From contig OZ024749.1 of the NCBI GenBank assembly GCA_964016885.1, forward strand, positions 5,642,001-5,706,000: 64,000 bases of DNA, in the 5' to 3' direction. The DNA comes from Eledone cirrhosa (Eukaryota). A program made the position numbers and the translations under genes. The notes beneath the pieces were generated by a model. The model was not told the origin of the DNA. It ran no database searches and saw nothing but the letters and a program-made list of their open reading frames with translations. Shown here piece by piece: positions 54,390-64,000 of this stretch (the stretch's first letter is position 1; every line of letters begins with the position of its first letter).

Positions 54390-54800
54390 TCCAGCTTCGG
54401 TCACAAACTCCGGTACAGCAGCCCGCAATGCAGAGGAAATGAAGGGGGTTGTCCGACTGTTTCCTCTTCGCACTCGTCGCCGTCGAGACCTCAGGCGTAC
54501 TTGGACCCCGGACTGCTGAGCTCCTCCGCTAGATCGAAACGTCAACAGCCCGTTTGAGGAATGAGCCCCTCGAGGTGGGGTGGCTGTTGCAGCGGGTGTC
54601 GCTGGCCATTGTCCGCGGAAATGCTTTTGCGTTCTTGTCCGCGGGACGCAGCCCCAAAGCACCGCGCCCTAGGCCCAGAGCCCATCCACCTTTTCCCCCT
54701 CTCATCCTTCTGTGACCCCAGACCCTTGCCCTTCCCTTCATTTTCCGTTTTTGAATATCTGTAGTGTTGTTGTTATTTGAAATAGATTTATTTATGATTT
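54390..54800 (+). mobile_element. 3' fragment of a CRE-clade non-LTR retrotransposon (RLE C-terminus)
   Basis: GTAARNAEEMK...FALVAVETSGVLGPRTAELL...WLLQRVSLAIVRGNAFA. Confidence 0.8.
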
Positions 54801-54899
54801 TTTTAATTCTTATTAATAAAACGTACTTTGCCCTACTAAAGAAAATCTATTTATTTGACACCGCGAGATGTCTAGACGCTTTGAACTACTGGTAGAGTC

Positions 54900-55050
54900 C
54901 ATCTGATGGGCTTCCGTATAGTTTCCGTTACCAACTTCACACATGTTACTTGAGTCGACTTAAATCTAATGTAGCCCCAAATGACACACAGTGGGATTCA
55001 ATCTGAGATCCCATGATTATGAAGGGAACTAATTAAAACCATGTTTTATT
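54900..55050 (-). mobile_element. Degenerate third SINE type (related fragment at 58320-58395)
   Basis: CAGTG(G/A)GATT.AA reverse B-box-like segment in both; heavily diverged. Confidence 0.4.
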
Positions 55051-55606
55051 CAGTCACCCATACTCAGATGGAACGGTCCTCCAACGATTTCCACGACGAA
55101 TGTTCCAGTTTTTCTATCAACAAAACAGCCTGCTCGTGGAATTACAATGCAATTATTATTTGTTGAGTTCCAGTCGCTATTATTCATACGGGGCTGGCTA
55201 GGCTGAAACCAGGTGTCCTTAGAAAAACGAGGGGCCTCCATCTTTTTTTATTTTTTTGCTGTTGTAGTTTGAAGCGGCAGAGAGGGGACACGAAACACCA
55301 GAGTGCCTAAACCCTCGACTTTGTTTCATTAGATTTTAAAGGGATATCTCCAGTTTGCAGATTGCGCAACATCCACAGACACCTATACCCATAATGTAAT
55401 ACTCAGGGAGATTCAACACGGGACAGTGCAAGACATGGCTTTGAATTACAGGAAGAGTTGATTTGATGGGCTTTCCTAGAGATTTTCCACACTAGGCACA
55501 AGTAAAATCAAAGGTATGGTAACATCCCCTCCCCCTTAACTCTTGATATAATTGTAGGGGTGCCGTTTTGACATACCGAGTTTCTTGGGCGGAACCAATA
55601 CCTCTC

Positions 55607-58312
55607 CAGGCCTGAGAACAGCAGATTTTTTGCAGGGCGAAGGATCGACCCCAATACAAGGCTGGTACTTTTTTTATCGACCTCGAAAGGATGAAAGGCC
55701 AAGTTGACCTCGGCGGGATTGGAACTCAGAGAACAGAAAGCCGGAACAAATACCACAAGGCATTCTATCTGACGTTCTAACGACTGCCATTCTATCTGAC
55801 GTTCTAACGACTGCCATTCTATCTGACGTTCTAACGACTTCCATTCTATCTGACGTTCTAACGACTGCCATTCTATCTGACGTTCTAACGACTGTCATTC
55901 TATCTGACGTTCTAACGACTGCCATTCTATCTGACGTTCTAACGACTGCCATTCTATCTGACGTTCTAACGACTGCCATTCTATCTGACGTTCTAACGAC
56001 TGCCATTCTATCTGACGTTCTAACGACTGCCATTCTATCTGACGTTCTAACGACTGCCATTCTATCTGACGTTCTAACGACTGCCATTCTATCTGACGTT
56101 CTAACGACTGTCATTCTATCTGACGTTCTAACGACTGCCATTCTATCTGACGTTCTAACGACTGCCATTCTATCTGACGTTCTAACGACTTCCATTCTAT
56201 CTGACGTTCTAACGATTTCCATTCTATCTGACGTTCTAACGACTGCCATTCTATCTGACGTTCTAACGACTGCCATTCTATCTGACGTTCTAACGACTGC
56301 CATTCTATCTGACGTTCTAACGACTGCCATTCTATCTGAGGTTCTAACGACTGTCATTCTATCTGAGGTTCTAACGACTGCCATTCTATCTGACGTTCTA
56401 ACGACTGCCATTCGATCTGACGTTCTAACGACTGCCATTCTATCTGACGTTCTAACGACTGCCATTCTATCTGACGTTCTAACGACTGTCATTCTATCTG
56501 AGGTTCTAACGACTGCCATTCTATCTGACGTTCTAACGACTGCCATTCTATCTGACGTTCTAACGACTGCCATTCTATCTGACGTTCTAACGACTGCCAT
56601 TCTATCTGACGTTCTAACGACTGCCATTCTATCTGACGTTCTAACGACTGCCATTCTATCTGACGTTCTAACGACTGCCATTCTATCTGACGTTCTAACG
56701 ACTGTCATTCTATCTGACGTTCTAACGACTGCCATTCTATCTGACGTTCTAACGACTGCCATTCTATCTGACGTTCTAACGACTTCCATTCTATCTGACG
56801 TTCTAACGACTTCCATTCTATCTGACGTTCTAACGACTGCCATTCTATCTGACGTTCTAACGACTGCCATTCTATCTGACGTTCTAACGACTGCCATTCT
56901 ATCTGACGTTCTAACGACTGCCATTCTATCTGAGGTTCTAACGACTGTCATTCTATCTGAGGTTCTGACGACTGCCATTCTATCTGACGTTCTAACGACT
57001 GCCATTCTATCTGACGTTCTAACGACTGCCATTCTATCTGACGTTCTAACGACTGCCATTCTATCTGAGGTTCTAACGACTGTCATTCTATCTGAGGTTC
57101 TAACGACTGCCATTCTATCTGACGTTCTAACGACTGCCATTCTATCTGACGTTCTAACGACTGCCATTCTATCTGAGGTTCTAACGACTGTCATTCTATC
57201 TGAGGTTCTAACGACTGCCATTCTATCTGACGTTCTAACGACTGCCATTCTATCTGACGTTCTAACGACTGCCATTCTATCTGACGTTCTAACGACTGCC
57301 ATTCTATCTGACGTTCTAACGACTGCCATTCTATCTGACGTTCTAACGACTGCCATTCTATCTGACGTTCTAACGACTGCCATTCTATCTGAGGTTCTAA
57401 CGACTGTCATTCTATCTGAGGTTCTAACGACTGCCATTCTATCTGACGTTCTAACGACTGCCATTCTATCTGACGTTCTAACGACTGCCATTCTATCTGA
57501 CGTTCTAACGACTGCCATTCTATCTGACGTTCTAACGACTGCCATTCTATCTGACGTTCTAACGACTGCCATTCTATCTGACGTTCTAACGACTGCCATT
57601 CTATCTGACGTTCTAACGACTGTCATTCTATCTGACGTTCTAACGACTGCCATTCTATCTGACGTTCTAACGACTGCCATTCTATCTGACGTTCTAACGA
57701 CTTCCATTCTATCTGACGTTCTAACGACTTCCATTCTATCTGACGTTCTAACGACTGCCATTCTATCTGACGTTCTAACGACTGCCATTCTATCTGACGT
57801 TCTAACGACTGCCATTCTATCTGACGTTCTAACGACTGCCATTCTATCTGAGGTTCTAACGACTGTCATTCTATCTGAGGTTCTAACGACTGCCATTCTA
57901 TCTGACGTTCTAACGACTGCCATTCTATCTGACGTTCTAACGACTGCCATTCTATCTGACGTTCTAACGACTGCCATTCTATCTGAGGTTCTAACGACTG
58001 TCATTCTATCTGAGGTTCTAACGACTGCCATTCTATCTGACGTTCTAACGACTGCCATTCTATCTGACGTTCTAACGACTGCCATTCTATCTGACGTTCT
58101 AACGACTGCCATTCTATCTGAGGTTCTAACGACTGTCATTCTATCTGAGGTTCTAACGACTGCCATTCTATCTGACGTTCTAACGACTGCCATTCTATCT
58201 GACGTTCTAACGACTGCCATTCTATCTGACGTTCTAACGACTGCCATTCTATCTGACGTTCTAACGACTGCCATTCTATCTGACGTTCTAACGACTCTGC
58301 CAATTCGCCACC
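55607..58312 (-). mobile_element. SINE (family A relative) expanded internally by a 27-bp array
   Basis: Body 55607-55760 (CTGGTACT...GGATGAAAGGCCAAGTTGACCTCGGCGGGATTGGAACTC); head TGCCAATTCGCCACC at 58298-58312. Confidence 0.85.
55760..58297. repeat. 27-bp minisatellite (about 94 units) derived from the SINE head
   Basis: Unit CCATTCTATCTGACGTTCTAACGACTG. Confidence 0.95.
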
Positions 58313-59071
58313 AATATGGTGACATACACTTGCCAAACAGGGTTCAGTGAGATTGAACCTAGAAACTATGGATTACAAGGAGAACTTCAAACATATTACA
58401 TTCACACGCTGACGTACACACACACACACACTCACTCACATACGTACATATACACACTCACTCACATAGACTTACATACACATACTCACACACGCATACA
58501 CCGATATATACATACTCACATTTATATACTCACATTTATATACTCACATTTATATACACACATATTCACACACACTTACACACATACATATATACACACA
58601 TATTCACACACGCATACACCGATATATACATACTCACATACACTTATATACACATACATATATACACACATATTCACACACACTTACACCGATATATATA
58701 TACATACTCACATTTATATACTCACATTTATATACACATACATATATACACACATATTCACACACACTTACACACATACATACACACACATACACCCATA
58801 CACATAGTGACAATCACCCAGGCGTTGACACATCATTTGCTGCATGTAAAGATATTTCATTGTTGAAAGACGAAATATTTATGACAGAATTGGGACCACA
58901 GTGAGTCCCTCCCCACAGTCAGTCCCTGAGTATCAGGTTTTATTTTACCGAAACTCTAGTGATTTCCAGAGGTTAACTGAGGAAGGAGAAGGTACGGTCG
59001 GTCTTTCTCTTGTTTTTTTCTATTTTCTTTGTTCTGTGTGTGCTTGTGTATGTGTACACACACACACACAT

Positions 59072-59109
<38 letters not shown>

Positions 59110-59424
59110 CTTGTGTATCTGCACACGTACCTCCTTCAATAAAACACGAACACTTCCACCAGCACACCCACTCACATACACCTGCACATGGATACACCAA
59201 CACACCTCAGTAAAATCACATCTCCACAAGCACATACAGACCATCACGCGCACGCGAAGTCCACCCCGTATACACACACCCTGATAATACTGCTAATACT
59301 CACTACCCCCCTCCCCCTCCCATATTGCAACTAGCACTGACTAACATTACTAACTCACCTCCCACCCCACAACACATACCTGCACATATATACGTGTGCT
59401 TGTCCGTCTCTGCGTGTACACGTC

Positions 59425-60425
59425 ACCAACACTACCATCACCACCTCCAACACTACAACCACCAACACCAACACTAACACTACTACCAACACTACCTCCA
59501 ACACTACCACTACTACCAACACTACCACTACTACCAACACTACCATCACCACCACCACCTCCAACACTACAACCACCACCTCCAACACTACCACTACTAC
59601 CAACACTACCACTACTACCAACACTACCATCACCACCACCACCTCCAACACTACAACCACCAACACCAACACTACCACTACTACCAACACTACCACTACT
59701 ACCAACACTACCACTACTACCAACACTACCACTACTACCAACACTACCATCACCACCACCACCTCCAACACTACTACCAACACTACCATCACCACCACCA
59801 CCTCCAACACTACAACCACTAACACCAACACTACCACTACTACCAACACTACCATCACCACCACCTCCACTAACACTACCACCCCCACCACCAACACTAC
59901 TACCACTACACTTCCCACCACCAACACTACCTCCATCACCACCAACACTACCCCCACCACCACCACTACCAGCACCACCACCACCACCACTAACACTACC
60001 ACCCCCACCACCAACACTACCACCAACACTACTACCACTACTCTTCCCATCAGCAACACTACCTCCACCACCACCAACACTAACACTACCACCCCCACCA
60101 CCAACACTACCACCCCCACCACCAACACTACCCCCCTCCCCCCCACCACATCCACTAACACCAACACTACCCCCACCAACAACACTACCACCACCAACAC
60201 TACCCCCACCACCACCACCACCAACACTACCCCCACCACCACCACCACTACCCCCACCACTACCACCAACACTACCCCCGCCACCAACACTACCACCACC
60301 ACCAACCCCACCCCCACCACTACCACCAACACTACCCTCACCACCAACACTACCCCCACCACCACCACTACCTCCACCCCCCACTACCTCCACCACCACC
60401 ACTACCTCCACCACCACCACTACAA
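59425..60425. repeat. C/A-rich (ACC/ACT/AAC) low-complexity repeat
   Basis: CCAACACTACCACTACTA units. Confidence 0.9.
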
Positions 60426-60469
60426 ACAACATATACACACACACCCCATCACCCCTTGCACCATCACGT

Positions 60470-61215
60470 TCGTCATCATCATCATCATCATACGTCCACT
60501 TTTCCCTGCTTGCAATGGTTAGACGGGTCCTATTCAGCACCTCATCCCTCCACCCGCCACGGTCCTTCGTCATCTCCTCGGTGAGTTTCAGTAATCTGAG
60601 GTCAGCTCTCACCACCTCCACCTATGTTTTACCTGCTCACCACCTCCGCCTATGTTTTACCTGCTCACCACCTCCGCCTATGTTTTACCTGCTCACCACC
60701 TCCACCTATGTTTTACCTGCTCACCACCTCCGCCTATGTTTTACCTGCTCACCACCTCCGCCTATGTTTTACCTGCTCACCACCTCCGCCTATGTTTTAC
60801 CTGCTCACCACCTCCACCTATGTTTTACCTGCTCACCACCTCCGCCTATGTTTTACCTGCTCACCACCTCCACCTATGTTTTACCTGCTCACCACCTCCG
60901 ACTATGTTTTACCTGCTCACCACCTCCGCCTATGTTTTACCTGCTCACCACCTCCGCCTATGTTTTACCTGCTCACCACCTCCACCTATGTTTTACCTGC
61001 TCACCACCTCCGCCTATGTTTTACCTGCTCACCACCTCCGCCTATGTTTTACCTGCTCACCACCTCCGCCTATGTTTTACTTGCTCACCACCTCCGCCTA
61101 TGTTTTACCTGCTCACCACTTCCACCTATGTTTTACCTGCTCACCACCTCCGCCTATGTTTTACCTGCTCTACCTCTACTGCGTCTTCCTTCTACTGGCA
61201 TTTCTTGGATGTGTA
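60470..61215 (-). mobile_element. RTE-clade LINE 3' end with (GAT)n tail, internally expanded
   Basis: Minus strand MPVEGRRSRGRAGKT*AEVV [array] EVVRADLRLLKLTEEMTKDRGGWRDEV, then (GAT)n. Confidence 0.8.
60608..61170. repeat. 28-bp minisatellite (about 20 units) inside the RTE fragment
   Basis: Unit CCTATGTTTTACCTGCTCACCACCTCC(G/A). Confidence 0.95.
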
Positions 61216-61779
61216 ACTTTTCAATTCCAATTACTTGAACCAAGCTAACTTTGATGTAAAATTGAGGGGTTTGCTGTGTATGCTAATCTTTGGGGTGTGA
61301 GGGGCCCTCAAACGTGAAGTGCTCAGGGGTCCCACAAAGTCTAAATCCAACGTTACTATCAACTGACCAAGGAAGTTACAATGTGTAGTCATCTACTGCT
61401 GTAGTTAAACAATGACTATGGCAATGATGATGACGGTATATGGAATATATGTACTGTGAAATTTCACATTTAAAATGTCCCAGCCCATTAATTAACAGTT
61501 TCAATATAGAAATAAATATGAAATTTAAAATAAAAACAGTGTCTAATTCCTGAAGACATTTTCCATTATTTTCACCAGTAAGCTTCTACTATGAAGTACT
61601 TACAAATTAATTAACTCCATCATTTTGATAATTCTAAAGAAATATACTGACATGATGTTTAAATATATTTTGAAAATAATAAAAAAAATATTGAAGAATT
61701 TAATAAAATATCCAACTTTTTCATGTCTGAGCTGATGTTTGAAACGTTACTTAACAAAAATGTGTTAAAAATAATAATA

Positions 61780-62058
61780 GTTTCTACTTTTTGGCACAAG
61801 GCCAGCAATTCCACCAGTGCATTACTGGTACTTTATTTTATCGACCGCGTAAGGATGAAAGTCAAAGTTAAGTTAACCGCGGCGGGATTTGAACTTAGAA
61901 TGACAAGGGCCGTAACTCTATGCGTCAAAGCATGGCGTCCGACCCTCTACCGATACTGCTAATCCACCGCCATACTGTGTTAAATATAACTAGCTGAAAA
62001 ACCTCCCTTCGGGTGGTTTTCTGCTAGCATGTGTAGTGTGTATATTGATATTATACGC

Positions 62059-62111
<53 letters not shown>

Positions 62112-63230
62112 GATATGATACATCAAATAAAATCGTAATTGACAATATATAATACACAGAAATTGAACGAAGACTGCGTTACACTGTCTTATTTAATCAG
62201 TAACGTAATCGATGATACATTAAAACAGACTTGGCAGTATCGGTAGAGGGTCGGACGCCATGCTTTCCAGCATAGTTACGTCCCTTTATGATCTGAATTC
62301 AAATCCCGCCGAGGTTAACTTTGCCTTTCATCCATACAGGGTCGATAAAATAAAGTACCAGTAATGTACGGTGTAATTGCTGGCCTTGTGCCAAAAGTAG
62401 AAACAATTATATATAAATAAAGCATTATACTTGTTTTACCCTCCAATTTCCAATTAAACCGAACGCTATCATGACTATATATGTGTGTGTGTTTGTGTAA
62501 ATTTATATGTGTGAATGTGTGTATATGTGTGAATGTGTGTATGTTTGTGTGAAAGTATATGTGTGAATGTATGTATGTTTGTGTGGAAGTATGTATGTTT
62601 GTGTGAAAGTATGTGTGAATGTATGTATATGTGTGTGAAAGTATGTGTGAATGTATGTATATTTGTGTGAAAGTATGTGTGAATGTGTGTATGTTTGTGT
62701 GAAAGTATGTATATTTGTGTGAAAGTATGTATGTTTGTGTGAAAGTATGTGTGAATGTATGTATATTTGTGTGAAAGTATGTGTATTTGTGTGAATTACG
62801 TCCGTGAGAATGTATTTTTATAAGTTTGTGTTTGCGCAATTATAGTTATATACTCATACATATAGATGTCAGCGTGTAGAAAATCATAATCTCTCTATCT
62901 CTCTCATCATACACTCTCTCTTTCTCTATATAAGGTAGTTGAAGTGGTGGTGGTGGTGGTGGCGACGATATACCGGAAGTGCAACTTTGAAAAGAAGTCA
63001 ATTTGAAATTATTTATGTTTACAAAATTATTTTTGTTTACGAAATTTAGTACATAAATTATTTAATATTTATTCATTATTTTACAACGGGATAAACAAAA
63101 AATAAACCGTACGCAATCCCGCAGACCTCCCGCTGAGGTTGACTTTGCCTTTCATCCTTACGGGGTCGATAAAATAAAGTACCAGTAATGCACTGGTTAA
63201 TTGCTGGCCTTTGCCAAAAAGTAGAAACAA
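61780..63230. mobile_element. SINE family A copies (61780-61972 -, 62231-62407 +, 63130-63230 +)
   Basis: Shared core and B box. Confidence 0.9.
61990..62230 (-). mobile_element. Helitron-like 3' end, homologous to 9586-9790
   Basis: CTAGCTGAAAAACC...GGTTTTCTGCTAG hairpin; GATACATCAAATAAAATCGTAATTGACAATATA shared. Confidence 0.55.
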
Positions 63231-63282
63231 TTATAGTTTAGATAATGCAAGAAAGTTTGAATATAAGTATGAATGTTTTTAA

Positions 63283-63981
63283 CTGGACACATGTATTATA
63301 TAACCAGGCCTATTTCAGGCAGGAGGGTATCAAATGATATGGAAGGTCTTGATATAAATATGAATATTTTAAAGTGGACACTTTTGTATTATATAACCAG
63401 GCCTATTTCAGGCAGGAGGGTATCAAATGATATGGAAGGTCTTGATATAAATATGAATATTTTAAAGTGGACACTTTTGTATTATATAACCAGGCCTATT
63501 TCAGGCAGGAGGGTATCAAATGATATGGAAGGTCTTGATATAAATATGAATATTTTAAAGTGGACACTTTTGTATTATATAACCAGGCCTATTTCAGGCA
63601 GGAGGGTATCAAATGATATGGAAGGTCTTGATATAAATATGAATATTTTAAAGTGGACACTTTTGTATTATATAACCAGGCCTATTTCAGGCAGGAGGGT
63701 ATCAAATGATATGGAAGGTCTTGATATAAATATGAATATTTTAAAGTGGACACTTTTGTATTATATAACCAGGCCTATTTCAGGCAGGAGGGTATCAAAT
63801 GATATGGAAGGTCTTGATATAAATATGAATATTTTAAAGTGGACACTTTTGTATTATATAACCAGGCCTATTTCAGGCAGGAGGGTATCAAATGGTATGG
63901 AAGGTCTTGATATAAATATGAATATTTTAAAGTGGACACTTTTGTATTATATAACCAGGCCTATTTCAGGCAGGAGGGTAT
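63283..63981. repeat. 93-bp tandem repeat, about 7.5 near-identical units
   Basis: TAACCAGGCC recurs at 63301, 63394, 63487 and onward. Confidence 0.95.
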
Positions 63982-64000
63982 TGGGAAGTAAGAGAGAGGT

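Noticed and set aside
55674-58325. 883-aa (VVRTSDRMA)n ORF with an ATG start
   Set aside because: Lies almost entirely in a SINE-derived 27-bp array; the open frame follows from unit length.
59350-61248. Pro-rich extensin/formin-like and Gly-rich ORFs
   Set aside because: Several frames on both strands are open over low-complexity ACC repeats and run into an RTE fragment.

Overview
AT-rich, repeat-saturated animal genomic DNA, most likely an octopus/cephalopod intron or intergenic region. This is inferred from the dense (CA)n/(TA)n/(GA)n microsatellites and the very abundant tRNA-derived SINEs, not from a search. No confident host protein-coding gene is present; nearly all long ORFs are artefacts of tandem repeats. 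Supported content: about 25-30 copies of one tRNA-SINE group plus a second V/CORE-like SINE family; decayed non-LTR retrotransposon fragments (R4/Dong-like, CR1-like, RTE, CRE, Tx1/L1); non-autonomous Helitrons; a hAT element; and many minisatellites. Two themes stand out. (1) A series of Penelope-like element (PLE) foldbacks sits in (TA)n tracts and carries minimal type I hammerhead ribozyme motifs, including a U3:A8 core variant and a 2.1-kb near-perfect palindrome encoding a Neptune-type Cys-rich linker plus GIY-YIG endonuclease. (2) Three minisatellites were born inside transposons: 45-bp and 27-bp arrays from the SINE A-box head, and a 28-bp array within an RTE LINE. All family assignments come from motif recognition by eye.
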